NCBI GenBank assembly: GCA_023898685.1
Contig: CP060234.1
Location: 2,569,945-2,633,944 of the forward strand
Length of the DNA: 64,000 nt
Direction of reading: 5' to 3'
Source of the DNA: Phycisphaeraceae bacterium
GTDB lineage: Bacteria > Planctomycetota > Phycisphaerae > Phycisphaerales > UBA1924
Each line of letters opens with the position of its first letter. Position 1 is the stretch's first letter. Under the pieces are notes generated by a model, which ran no database searches, was not told the origin of the DNA, and saw nothing but the letters and a program-made list of their open reading frames with translations. The position numbers were made by a program, and so were the translations under genes. Shown one piece after another: positions 36,370 to 45,678 of the stretch.

Positions 36370-36786
36370 ATGTACGGATCGCTGGACATCTCGACAAGCG
36401 GCATGATCGCCCAGCGGACGCGGATGGCGGTCATCTCGGCGAACATCGCCAACGCGAACACGATCCTGGACAGCCAGGGCAAGCTCAACCCGTACAAGAA
36501 GCGGATCATCCACTTCGCGCCGGGCGACCCGACGGCGGCGAATCCGGCCGCCCGGGCGATAGGGGTGCAGATCTCGGAGATCGGCACGGACGAGAACGCC
36601 ATCCGGATGAAGTATGAGCCCGGGAGCAAGTACGCGGACAAGGACGGCTATGTGCCTTACCCCGACATCAGCCCTGAGATCGAGCAGATCAACGCGATGA
36701 TGGCGGCCCGGTCCTATGAGGCGAACGTGGCGGCGGCGGAGACAACCAAGACGATGATGGCACAGGCGTTGCGTCTGCTCGCCTGA
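36370..36786 (+). CDS. flgC: Flagellar basal-body rod protein FlgC
   Basis: MYGSLDISTSGMIAQRTRMAVISANIANANT and C-terminal MMAARSYEANVAAAETTKTMMAQALRLL. Confidence 0.9.
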   Translation: MYGSLDISTSGMIAQRTRMAVISANIANANTILDSQGKLNPYKKRIIHFAPGDPTAANPAARAIGVQISEIGTDENAIRMKYEPGSKYADKDGYVPYPDISPEIEQINAMMAARSYEANVAAAETTKTMMAQALRLLA

Positions 36787-36843
36787 CGAAACCGATGAAC
36801 CGGCCGGCGGAGGTGAGGTGATCGCCCCGCGGGAGGACGACTG

Positions 36844-37152
36844 ATGAGCGATCCCTTGGGATTTGTGACGGGGGCTTCTGGGGGCGGGCTGAACCCCGTC
36901 CAGCCCTCGGGCGCCGCCTCGAAACCGGGAGCCCCCGGCTTTCGCGAGGTGCTGCTCAAGAACCTCGAGCAGGTGAACTCCGCCCAGCAGGACGCGAACC
37001 GGGCGGTCGAGGACCTGATGACGGGAAAGCGGTCGGACGTCGAGGGCGTGATCCTGGCGACCGAGAAGGCGGACGACGCGTTCCGGATGCTCCAGGCGAT
37101 GCGCGGCAAGGTGCTCCAGGCGTACGACGAGATCAAGCAGGTCCGCGTGTAA
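36844..37152 (+). CDS. fliE: Flagellar hook-basal body complex protein FliE
   Basis: 102 aa. FREVLLKNLEQVNSAQQDANRAVEDLMTG...ATEKADDAFRMLQAMRGKVLQAYDEIKQVRV is the FliE pattern. Confidence 0.85.
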   Translation: MSDPLGFVTGASGGGLNPVQPSGAASKPGAPGFREVLLKNLEQVNSAQQDANRAVEDLMTGKRSDVEGVILATEKADDAFRMLQAMRGKVLQAYDEIKQVRV

Positions 37153-37349
37153 TCCGCGGGGCCGGCCTGTCGCGCAAAGATCGCGCTGCGTCGGGCGCAT
37201 GAATCGCGCTTCGGCGCGGGGCGTGCGCCGATTTCAAGACCCCGGCAGCCGAGAGCCGAAAGCAGGAGGACGGATGTTGAATCCCCCGCGCGCGGAGCGT
37301 GCGGGCCGGGGCGCGAGTGGGCGTCGCGGTGGCATGGAGGCCGGCGGGC

Positions 37350-39050
37350 ATGGAACGGGCGCGGAGGGTCCTGGCCGAGATCAGGGCCTACCTGGGCAAG
37401 CTGAGCGTGACGCAGAAGCTGCTGGTCGCGACGACGGTCGTGATCGCGGTGATGGCGATGTTCTTGGTCAGCCAGTACGCGGCCGGCCCGAGCCTGGAGT
37501 CGCTGAGCGGGATCACGGGCGAGGACCAGTCGCAGATAGTGCGTTCGCTGCGGCTGGCGGGGTTCAACCCGCAGATCCGCGATGGCGGGGTGCAGGTGCC
37601 GAAGAGCGAGAGCCTGGCGGCCATCGCGCACCTGAGCGAATCCGGCGAACTCCCCGATGACACGACGATCCTGTTCAACAACCTGCTCTCGAAGCAGGAC
37701 TGGCGGAACAGCCGGGAGCAGCAGCAGCAGCAGTTCATCTTCGCGCTCCAGAACGAGCTGGGCCGGGTGATCGGCAAGTTCAAGGGCGTGCGGTCGGCGA
37801 CGGTGATCATCGACGCGCCGGAGCGACAGGGCCTGGGACGGGCGTCGCGCGACCCCACCGCCTCGGTGACGGTCTTCCCTGATGGCGGCCGCCCGCTCGA
37901 CCAGGGCACGGTCGACGCGGTCGCGTCGCTGGTGGCGGGCGCCCGGAGCGGGCTCTCGATCGACAACGTGGCGGTGGTCGACGGTGTGACGCGGCAGCAG
38001 CGGCGTGCGACCGACGATTCGCTGATGGCGGCGGGGACCTACCTCGAGCAGCGGCAGAAGGTCGAGCTGGAGACTCGCAAGAAGCTCGAATCACTCCTGG
38101 CGTACATCCCGGGGGTCATCGTCGCCGTGACGGCCGAGGTCGATGTGACGCGCGTCAGCGAGCAGACGCGCCGGAACCTCAAGGAGAACGAGGGCACGGT
38201 CTCGCTGGTCAAGTCGGAGACCTCGAATACGCAATCGCAGGGGGGTGGCGCGAAAGGGGCGGAGGCGGGCGTGCGGTCGATGCAGGGCGCCGACATCAAC
38301 CAGGCGAGCTCGTCGGCGTCGAAGTCGAGCGAGACGGAGGAGACCGAAAAGACCTACGAGAACGCGGTGGGGACGTCGGTGCGGGATCTGATGGACCCGC
38401 GTGGCATGCCGACATTCCTGGCGGCCTCGGTGAACGTGCCGGAGTCGTACGTCGCCGAACTGCTCAGGCTGGAGAATCCGCCGGCGGACGGGGCCAAGCC
38501 CGAGAACCCGACGGCGGCGGCCGTTCAGGGCAGGTTTAGCGATATCGAGGCGCAGATCAAGGCGAGTGTGCTCCCGCACCTCAAGACCCGAGACCAGGAG
38601 GGCGCTCTGGTGGACGGGGAGGTGCAGGTGTCCATGATCCCGAACCAGGTCCTTATGGCGGCGAGCGCGGCGGGCGGCGGCGGGGGCGGCGGCGTGCTGG
38701 GATTGATCGGGGGCGACGGCGGGCTCGCGGGCGGCGGGCTGCTCGAGATGGGCGTGCTGGGCGGGCTGGCGGTCGTCGCCCTGACGATGATGGCGATGAT
38801 GGTCAAGCGATCGGCGAAGAAGATCGAGCTGCCGACGGCCGAGGAGCTGGTGGGCATCCCGCCGACTCTCGAGGGCGACGCCGACATCGTCGGCGAGGCG
38901 GACGAGGGCGAGAGCGCGTTGGCGGGCATCGAGATCGGCGACGCGGACATCGAGCGGAACAAGATGCTGGTGCAGATCAGCGAGTTGATCCATGCCGAGC
39001 CGCAGAAGGTGGCGACGCTGCTGAGGCGGTGGGTGGCTGTAGAGGAGTGA
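37350..39050 (+). CDS. fliF: Flagellar M-ring protein FliF
   Basis: N-terminal TM helix (KLLVATTVVIAVMAMFLV), YscJ/FliF domain (VRSATVIIDAPE...ASVTV), a second TM helix near the C-terminus, and an acidic tail. ATG 37350 is chosen over track 37299. Confidence 0.9.
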   Translation: MERARRVLAEIRAYLGKLSVTQKLLVATTVVIAVMAMFLVSQYAAGPSLESLSGITGEDQSQIVRSLRLAGFNPQIRDGGVQVPKSESLAAIAHLSESGELPDDTTILFNNLLSKQDWRNSREQQQQQFIFALQNELGRVIGKFKGVRSATVIIDAPERQGLGRASRDPTASVTVFPDGGRPLDQGTVDAVASLVAGARSGLSIDNVAVVDGVTRQQRRATDDSLMAAGTYLEQRQKVELETRKKLESLLAYIPGVIVAVTAEVDVTRVSEQTRRNLKENEGTVSLVKSETSNTQSQGGGAKGAEAGVRSMQGADINQASSSASKSSETEETEKTYENAVGTSVRDLMDPRGMPTFLAASVNVPESYVAELLRLENPPADGAKPENPTAAAVQGRFSDIEAQIKASVLPHLKTRDQEGALVDGEVQVSMIPNQVLMAASAAGGGGGGGVLGLIGGDGGLAGGGLLEMGVLGGLAVVALTMMAMMVKRSAKKIELPTAEELVGIPPTLEGDADIVGEADEGESALAGIEIGDADIERNKMLVQISELIHAEPQKVATLLRRWVAVEE

Positions 39051-39060
39051 GGAACGCCCG

Positions 39061-40101
39061 GTGCCGAGGAGACCACACGAGAAGCTCCCAACGAATCCGT
39101 CCGAACTGGACGGCGTGACGAAGGCGGCGATCCTGCTGGTGGCGGTGGGCGAGGAGCCCGCGTCGAACCTGCTCAAGGAGATGGAGTCGGAGGCGGTCGA
39201 GGAGTTGATGCGTGAACTTGCGGGGCTGGGGCGTGTTCCCGAGACGCTCCAGGCCGCGGTGGTCGAGGAGTTCTACAACATCTCGGTGGCGAGCGCCTAC
39301 CTGAACGAGGGGAACCTCGACTTCGCCAAGCAGGTGCTGATGAGCAGCCTCGACCCGAAGCAGGCCGAGCGGGTGCTCCAGCAGATCCAGACGCAGGTGC
39401 AGAAGACCCCCTTCGCGTTCCTGCAGCGGGCGGAGACCGAGAACCTGCTGACCTTCATCCAGGACGAGCACCCGCAGACGATCGCGTTGATCACGTGTCA
39501 TCTGCCGCACCACAAGGCGGCGGAGATCCTGGGCGGTCTGCCGGTGCAGAAGCAGGTCGAGGTGATCAAGCGGATCGCCAACATGGAGCAGACCAACCCG
39601 GAGGTGATCCGGGAGGTCGAGCGGGGCCTGGAGAGCCGGCTCTCGAGCATGCTGACGCAGTCGATGGAGAAGGCGGGCGGTGTGGAGACGGTCGCGGAGA
39701 TGCTGAACCTGACCGACCGCGCGACGGAGAAGACGATCATGGAGGGTCTCGAGGCGGAGGACCCGGACCTGGTCGAGCAGATCCGCCGGCTGATGTTCGT
39801 CTTCGAGGACGTGCTGCTTGTGAACGACAAGGGGATCCAGTCGGTGCTCAAGGAGGTGGACAACGACGAGCTGGCACTGGCGCTCAAGACCGCGAGCGAT
39901 GCCCTCAAGGAGAAGATCTTCGGCAACATGTCCGAGCGCGCGGCGGCGCTGATCAAGGAGGACATGCAGTACATGGGGCCCGTGCGGGTGGCGGACGTCG
40001 AGGCGGCGCAGCAGCGGATCGTCGACATCGTGCGCCGCCTGGAGGAGGCGGGCGAGGTCATCATCCAGGGCCGCGGCGGCGACTCCGATCTGCTGGTCTG
40101 A
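39061..40101 (+). CDS. fliG: Flagellar motor switch protein FliG
   Basis: KAAILLVAVGEEPASNLLKEM, EDPDLVEQIRRLMFVFEDV (MFxF hinge), and the C-terminal torque helix region. Confidence 0.9.
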   Translation: MPRRPHEKLPTNPSELDGVTKAAILLVAVGEEPASNLLKEMESEAVEELMRELAGLGRVPETLQAAVVEEFYNISVASAYLNEGNLDFAKQVLMSSLDPKQAERVLQQIQTQVQKTPFAFLQRAETENLLTFIQDEHPQTIALITCHLPHHKAAEILGGLPVQKQVEVIKRIANMEQTNPEVIREVERGLESRLSSMLTQSMEKAGGVETVAEMLNLTDRATEKTIMEGLEAEDPDLVEQIRRLMFVFEDVLLVNDKGIQSVLKEVDNDELALALKTASDALKEKIFGNMSERAAALIKEDMQYMGPVRVADVEAAQQRIVDIVRRLEEAGEVIIQGRGGDSDLLV

Positions 40102-40114
40102 TCCCGGGGCGCCG

Positions 40115-40853
40115 ATGGCGCTGATCCGGCAGTCGGAGGCCGAGCCGATGGCGAGGAACGCCGACGCTGCACCACCTGCGATCCGTGCGGTGCGAGGGCG
40201 ACGGGCGCTGGTGGCCGACGCGGGAGATAAAGGCCGAGGCGATCGCCGAGGGCGAAGGCCGGTGCGTGAGCGCACGTGGCCGATCATCTGCGAAGGGAGG
40301 ACGACACGGGGCGGGCGACGCCGAGGGGTATGCCGCCGGGCTGGAGCAAAGGGACGCGACGAGGGCACGGCCGGCGGCGTTCGCGACGAGTCGGGGGCGT
40401 TCGCGGCCGCTGGCCGAGACGTGGGGTTTGAGGCGCTGGCCCGGGGTTCGAGGACGATCGCGAGCAGATGATCGCCGAGGCCCGCACCGATGTCGTTCGC
40501 CTGGCGGCGGTGTTCGCCGAGCGGGTGACGAAGCGGGTGGTCGAGCTCGACCCGGCGTGGCTGAGCGGCAGATCCGAGGCGGTGCTGCGCGCGGCGATCA
40601 GGCCGACCGGGTGATCATCTCGGTGCATCCCGATGACGAGGCGCTGACGCGAACAGGGCGCTGCCCGGGCTGATGAAGCAGTTCGCCGAGGCGGGCACGG
40701 AGAGGTAGCAGCCGACTCGTCGGTGTCGCGGGGCTCGTGCGTGGCGCGGACGCTCGGCGGGTCGTCGATCGACGCGTCGCTGGAGACGCAGCTTGACCGG
40801 ATCGTGCGGGATCTGTTGCCGGCGGGTGACGACCAGGCCGGCGAGGGTGTATC
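40115..40853 (+). pseudogene. fliH: fliH (flagellar export ATPase regulator) disrupted by multiple frameshifts and a stop
   Basis: FliH-like peptides appear in the correct order but in alternating frames: MALIRQSEAEPMARNA / REIKAEAIAEGEGR...GDAEGYAAGLEQ / GRDEGTAGGVRDESGAFAAAGRDVGFEALARG / FEDDREQMIAEARTDVVRLAAVFAERVTKRVVELDPAWL / RVIISVHPDDEAL / ALPGLMKQFAEAGTER(TAG) / VAADSSVSRGSCVARTLGGSSIDASLETQLDRIVRDLL. No single ORF longer than 162 aa exists in the fliG-fliI gap. Confidence 0.6.
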
Positions 40854-42239
40854 GTGGGCCGTCGGAGCTCTGGCGCCGGAGTTGGGCGTTGCTCGCTGCC
40901 GAACCGATGGGGTGACGGGGTGGTGGTGTCGCTGCGCGGGCTGACCCTGCTGGTGGACTCGCTGCCCCTGCCGGTGGGGTCGCTGGTGTCGCTGGAGCCG
41001 GGGCGTGGTTCGGCGGATCGGATGCTCGGGGAGGTGGTCGGGTTCAACGGCGATCGCGCGGTGGTGATGCTCTTCGGGCAGTCGATGGGTGTGAGCGCGG
41101 GGGACCGCGTGGTGGGGGAGCAGATCTCGCAGAGCGTGGGGGTGAGCGGGCGGATGCTGGGGCGGTGCCTGGACGGGCTGGGCAGGCCGATCGACGGGCT
41201 GGGTCCGATCGAGAAGCGCGAGCCGCGCCCGATCAATCCCGAGCCGATCGGGGCGTTGTCGCGTCGGCCGATCCGCGAGGCGCTGGTGACCGGCGTGCGC
41301 GCGGTGGACCTGCTGACGACGGTTGGGCGGGGGCAGCGTCTCGGGATCTTTGCGGGGCCGGGGGTGGGGAAGAGCACGCTGCTCGGCCAGATCGCGAGGG
41401 AGACCGAGGCGGATGTGAACGTGATCGCGCTGATCGGCGAACGCGGGCGCGAGGCGAAGGAGTTTCTGGAGGAGGCGCTGGGGGCGGAGGGGCTGAAGCG
41501 GTCCGTGGTGGTGATCGCGACGGGGGACGAGTCGCCACTCCTGCGGGTGCGGGCGGCGAAGGTGGCGTGCACCACGGCGGAGTACTTCCGCGAGCAGGGG
41601 CGGGACGTGCTCCTGATGATGGACTCGGTGACGAGGTTCGCGCACGCGCAGCGGCAGATCGGGCTCTCCATCGGCGAGCCGCCGGCGACGAAGGGGTACA
41701 CGCCGAGCGTTTTCGCGGAGCTGCCCCTGCTGCTCGAGCGGGCGGGGGCGCTGGAGGGTCAGGCCGGCTCGATCACGGGGCTGTACACGATCCTGGTCGA
41801 GGGCGACGACCTGACGGGGGACCCGATCTCGGACGCGTCGCGGGGGATCCTCGACGGGCACGTGATCCTCGACCGCCGACTGGCGCACAAGGGACAGTTT
41901 CCGGCGGTGGACGTGCTCGACTCGGTGAGCCGCGTGGCCGACGCGGTGACGGACGAGATGCACCGGGCCGCGATGCGGCAGATCAAGCGGCTGATGGCGA
42001 TGTACCGCGAGGTGGAGGAGCTGGTGCAGATCGGCGCCTACGCGCGGGGATCGGACGCGGAGACGGACGTCGCGATCGAGTTCGCGCCGGCGATCAACGG
42101 GCTGCTGCGGCAGGGTATCACAGAGAGAGTAGGGTTCGATCAGGCGAGGGAGGCGCTCGTGAAGATCGCGATGCAGACCGGCGAGTCGCTCCAGCAGCGC
42201 AAGCAGGCGGCGCAGGCCGGGAAGGGCGGGCGGCGCTGA
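40854..42239 (+). CDS. fliI: Flagellum-specific ATPase FliI
   Basis: Walker A GPGVGKST, Walker B VLLMMDSVTRFA, an F1/T3SS ATPase-type N-terminal beta-barrel (GVVVSLRGLTLLV...VGSLVSL) and the matching C-terminus. Confidence 0.9.
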   Translation: MGRRSSGAGVGRCSLPNRWGDGVVVSLRGLTLLVDSLPLPVGSLVSLEPGRGSADRMLGEVVGFNGDRAVVMLFGQSMGVSAGDRVVGEQISQSVGVSGRMLGRCLDGLGRPIDGLGPIEKREPRPINPEPIGALSRRPIREALVTGVRAVDLLTTVGRGQRLGIFAGPGVGKSTLLGQIARETEADVNVIALIGERGREAKEFLEEALGAEGLKRSVVVIATGDESPLLRVRAAKVACTTAEYFREQGRDVLLMMDSVTRFAHAQRQIGLSIGEPPATKGYTPSVFAELPLLLERAGALEGQAGSITGLYTILVEGDDLTGDPISDASRGILDGHVILDRRLAHKGQFPAVDVLDSVSRVADAVTDEMHRAAMRQIKRLMAMYREVEELVQIGAYARGSDAETDVAIEFAPAINGLLRQGITERVGFDQAREALVKIAMQTGESLQQRKQAAQAGKGGRR

Positions 42240-42709
42240 TGGCGAGGTTCGTGTTCGAGCTCGAGGCTCTGCTTCGCCAGAGGCTGCACGCCGAGAAGGA
42301 GCAGATGACGCGCGTCGCGGAGATCGAGCGCGATCGGCTCGCGATTGAGGGCGAGATCCGCGCGTGCCAGCGGTCGATCGTCGAGGAAAAGCGGGACCTG
42401 GCCGAGCGGCTCGGGGCCGAGAAGGCGGGCGTGGGCCACCCCGTCGATCTGAGGGCGGTGCGCGTGCAGGCCAACGCCTCGCTGCACCTGATCACGAAGG
42501 CCCAGCGGGCCGTGATCAGGCTCAGGGGTGTGCATGACCGGCTCGATCGGGCGAGGCTCGAGTTGCTCGATCGGACCACCAAGCGGCGGGCGATCGAGCT
42601 GCTCAAGGAGAAGCGGCTCGAGGAATGGAAGCATGAGCGGGCGAGGCTCGAGCAGGCCGAGCAGGACGACGCGGCCGTGATGCGGCACAAGCGGAGGGCC
42701 AGCGCATGA
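42239..42709 (+). CDS. fliJ: Flagellar export chaperone FliJ
   Basis: ATG overlaps the fliI TGA. 156-aa coiled coil. MARFVFELEALLRQRLHAEKEQ...LELLDRTTKRRAIELLKEKRLEEW fits the FliJ pattern and position. Confidence 0.7.
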   Translation: MARFVFELEALLRQRLHAEKEQMTRVAEIERDRLAIEGEIRACQRSIVEEKRDLAERLGAEKAGVGHPVDLRAVRVQANASLHLITKAQRAVIRLRGVHDRLDRARLELLDRTTKRRAIELLKEKRLEEWKHERARLEQAEQDDAAVMRHKRRASA

Positions 42710-43386
42710 AGGCGATCTGGAACATCATCACGGTGATGGCGCTCGCGAATCTGATCGCGATCGTGGGCTTCGTGTGGTGGCTGCACTTCTCGGGCCGGCT
42801 CGACACCGACCGGTTCGAGCAGGTGCGGACGATGTTCTCGGAGACGATCGCACAGCAGCAGGCGCGTGAGACGGCCGACGAGGCGGCCGCGAAGGCGGAC
42901 GCGGAGCAGAAGGCGGACGAGAAGCGGATGGAGATCCCGCCGATCACGGCGTCGGACGCGCTCTCGATGCGGATCGAAACCTCGGACATCGACCGTGAGC
43001 GGATCCGCCTGCTCGAGCGGCAGGTGAGGGATCTCACAGAAACGCTGTCCCGCGAGCGGCGGAAGCTGGACGCGGACCGGGCGGCGTTCGAGAAGGAACG
43101 CGACGACTTCCAGGCGATGCGGGACCGTCTGGCGGCGATCGAGGGCGACGCGCAATTCGCCAAGTCGGTCGGCGTGCTCTCGAAGATGAAGGCCGCGGAT
43201 GCGAAGCAGACGCTCAGCCAGTTGCTTCCCAACGACCGCGAGCAGGTGGTGAGCTACCTCGATGCGATGCAGGAGCGGACCCGCACGGACATCATCTCTC
43301 AGTTCGTCAAGGACGGCCAGGCCGACTTGGCAGCCGGGTTGCTGGAGGACATCCGCGTCCGCGGTCTGGAGGCCGCCGGGCAATGA
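42706..43386 (+). CDS. YlxF/MotE-like flagellar protein (N-terminal TM, coiled coil, MgtE_N-like C-terminus)
   Basis: TM helix IITVMALANLIAIVGFVWWL, a long coiled coil, and AKSVGVLSKMKAADAKQTLSQLL...VVSYLDAMQERTRTDIISQF. It occupies the same position as ylxF between fliJ and fliK in Bacillus-type operons. Confidence 0.5.
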   Translation: MKAIWNIITVMALANLIAIVGFVWWLHFSGRLDTDRFEQVRTMFSETIAQQQARETADEAAAKADAEQKADEKRMEIPPITASDALSMRIETSDIDRERIRLLERQVRDLTETLSRERRKLDADRAAFEKERDDFQAMRDRLAAIEGDAQFAKSVGVLSKMKAADAKQTLSQLLPNDREQVVSYLDAMQERTRTDIISQFVKDGQADLAAGLLEDIRVRGLEAAGQ

Positions 43387-43398
43387 GGACTGTCAACC

Positions 43399-44613
43399 GT
43401 GCGCATCGAGGCGTCGAATCAGCCCACCCGATCGGCACCGGCTGCGCCCGCGAAACAGCGGGCGGACGCGGCGGTGACGTTCATGGGGATGCTCTCGTCG
43501 TTCGATGACCCGGGGACAGGGCCCGACGGGGCCGCCTCGCTGGCGAAGAAGCAACTGACCGATCCGCTGGGGCTGGCGACGAAGCAGGCGATGGTCTCGC
43601 CGGCGGACGGGCCGGTTTCGGGGGCGCGGACGGCGGATCGGGCCCCCGCGGCGCCGGAGCCGGCCGACGCTTCCGGCGCGTCGCTGCAAGCGAAGGGCGA
43701 CGCCGAGCCACTCGAACCGCGTTCGGTGCCAAAGAGCGGATCCGTGCGAACACCGGAGAGCACTGCTCCGAGCGTGCCGTCGGACCGGCCGACCGTGGAC
43801 ACGGCATCTCGGCAGGGGACTCCGAGCGGTGGCGTGCGGGCCGCCGCGCCGCGGAGTTCATTGACCGGGGCCGACGCGAGCCGATTGACCGTCGCGGCGC
43901 CCAAGGCTGAACCGGGAACGCGGGAGACCGGTGGGGGAAGTGTTGCGGCCCGGTCCGGCTCGCATGGGGGGAAGAGCCTGGCGGGATTGACAAACGGCGT
44001 TGTGAAGAGCGAGGTGTTGAAGGCGGGCGCGAAACCGACGGTCCGCCAGCCGATCCTGCGCGAGGAGAAGGCGGAGATTGCGCCTCAGATCGAGAAGGGC
44101 CTGGCAACGCTGCTCAAACAGAAAGGCGGGCGCGTGCAGATCCAGCTCCGTCCCGAGGCATTGGGGCGTGTGAGCGTCGATCTGACGATCGAACAAGGCG
44201 TTGTGCACGCGACGCTTGACGCCGAACACGAATCGGCACGGCAGTTGCTTCACAGTGAATTGGACCGCTTGCGCTCGATGCTGGAGCATCGGGGCCTGCG
44301 GGTGGAGCGTCTCGAGATCGCGTCCCACGAGGGTGAGCAGGAAGCTCAGCCGAATCGGGACGGGGACCGCGGGGGCTGGCGGACGCCGGCCCAGGATGGA
44401 CACCGCGGGGTCGGCACGGAAGCCGACGGCCGATCGCCCGGAGGCGGCGATCAAAGACGGGCGTGGGTCGGAGACCCCGGTGGACGCGCGGAGCGGCGTC
44501 GGCCCGGAGGACAGGCGATCGCGGCGGAGGCCGGCGTGATGCCGATGGACGGCGATCCGTACACCAGGCGGAGTCCGGTGGCGATGTCGATCCGTCTCGA
44601 CACCGTGGCGTAG
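43399..44613 (+). CDS. fliK: Flagellar hook-length control protein FliK
   Basis: A P/A/S-rich disordered N-terminal two-thirds. C-terminal Flg_hook domain RVQIQLRPEALGRVSVDLTIEQGVVHATLDAEHESARQLLHSELDRLRSMLEHRGLRVERLEI. Confidence 0.75.
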   Translation: MRIEASNQPTRSAPAAPAKQRADAAVTFMGMLSSFDDPGTGPDGAASLAKKQLTDPLGLATKQAMVSPADGPVSGARTADRAPAAPEPADASGASLQAKGDAEPLEPRSVPKSGSVRTPESTAPSVPSDRPTVDTASRQGTPSGGVRAAAPRSSLTGADASRLTVAAPKAEPGTRETGGGSVAARSGSHGGKSLAGLTNGVVKSEVLKAGAKPTVRQPILREEKAEIAPQIEKGLATLLKQKGGRVQIQLRPEALGRVSVDLTIEQGVVHATLDAEHESARQLLHSELDRLRSMLEHRGLRVERLEIASHEGEQEAQPNRDGDRGGWRTPAQDGHRGVGTEADGRSPGGGDQRRAWVGDPGGRAERRRPGGQAIAAEAGVMPMDGDPYTRRSPVAMSIRLDTVA

Positions 44614-44662
44614 CGCGGCGTGGATGAGCCTGCGCGGCCCTCTCGACCGGAGGCTCGGAACA

Positions 44663-45106
44663 ATGAGCGCGATCAGCACACCCACCAGCGTGGGCACGGA
44701 CAGCGTGCGCACCCCCTCGAACGCGTTCTCGGCGATCAACTCCGAGGACTTCGTCGCCATGATGCTGAGCGAGCTGTCCAACCAGGACCCGCTCCAACCC
44801 AACGACACCCAGCAGCTGCTCGACCAGATCTCGTCGATCCGCTCGATCGAGTCGGACCAGTCGCTGCTCGAATCACTGAACGGCATGGTCGACTCGAACG
44901 AGTTCGCGTCGGCCTCCAACCTCATCGGCACGCTCGTCAGCGGGCTCACCGAGCAAGGTTCCCGAACCTCAGACGTCGTCCTTTCCGTGAGCAGGACGAC
45001 CGACGGCCCTGTGCTCAACCTCTTCAACGGCACACGCGTTCCGTTCGACAAAGTCGATGAGGTGGTCGCGCCGCTCGATCTCTCGAACAGCGACGGGAGC
45101 AACTGA
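44663..45106 (+). CDS. flgD: Flagellar hook assembly/capping protein FlgD
   Basis: INSEDFVAMMLSELSNQDPLQPNDTQQLLDQISSIRSIE is the FlgD N-terminal signature. ATG 44663 is chosen over track 44624. Confidence 0.8.
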   Translation: MSAISTPTSVGTDSVRTPSNAFSAINSEDFVAMMLSELSNQDPLQPNDTQQLLDQISSIRSIESDQSLLESLNGMVDSNEFASASNLIGTLVSGLTEQGSRTSDVVLSVSRTTDGPVLNLFNGTRVPFDKVDEVVAPLDLSNSDGSN

Positions 45107-45582
45107 TGCTGCCCGCCGCGGCTCTGCTCCAGATGCTCGGTTCGGGCGTCGGGCTGGTGAACCGGCTGGCCTCTTCGGGCAAGACGCCCGTCGAGGGCGC
45201 GTCGTTCGCCGAGCTGCTCGACCGCGTCTCCAGCGGAACGCTTCGCTCAGCCGAACCCGTGAACATCGACCCGTCGTCGGGCATCGAGCTGAGCCGGGAC
45301 CAGTTGGCCCGGGTGACGGAGGCCGCCACGCGGCTTGAATCGGCGGGGGCGGCGAGGGGCGTGATTCTGATCGATGGGCGAGCGCTCACCTACGACGTGC
45401 TCACCCGCACCGTGACGGGTGAGGTCGACCTGGGCGCCGGGGCGGCGACCGGGATCGACGCGGTCGTGACCGCGCCCCAGGGTGAGCAGGCGGGGCCCGG
45501 CCTCGCCCCGCCCAACGCGGGATTGTTGAATACCTCATTGCTCGATCTGCTGGCGAAACGCGGCGCGAACAACGCCGCCTGA
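45106..45582 (+). CDS. Flagellar operon protein of the type found between flgD and flgE (TIGR02530-like, tentative)
   Basis: ATG overlaps the flgD TGA. SFAELLDRV...IELSRDQLARVTEAATRLESAGAARGVILIDGRALTYDVLTRTVTG resembles the small conserved protein at this position in Firmicutes and spirochaete operons. Confidence 0.5.
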   Translation: MLPAAALLQMLGSGVGLVNRLASSGKTPVEGASFAELLDRVSSGTLRSAEPVNIDPSSGIELSRDQLARVTEAATRLESAGAARGVILIDGRALTYDVLTRTVTGEVDLGAGAATGIDAVVTAPQGEQAGPGLAPPNAGLLNTSLLDLLAKRGANNAA

Positions 45583-45678
45583 ATACCGCACGGCCGGGAC
45601 GGCCGTGGCACACAATGCGGGAACTTTGCACGGCCGACACGGCCCCGCCTCGGGTGTTGACGAGAACCGGAGATCCGT

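Noticed and set aside
45606-45630. TGGCAC ... TTTGCA upstream of flgE as a sigma-54 promoter
   Set aside because: Both half-sites are perfect, but the GG-to-GC distance is 21 nt instead of the required 12, so RNA polymerase-sigma-54 could not contact both.
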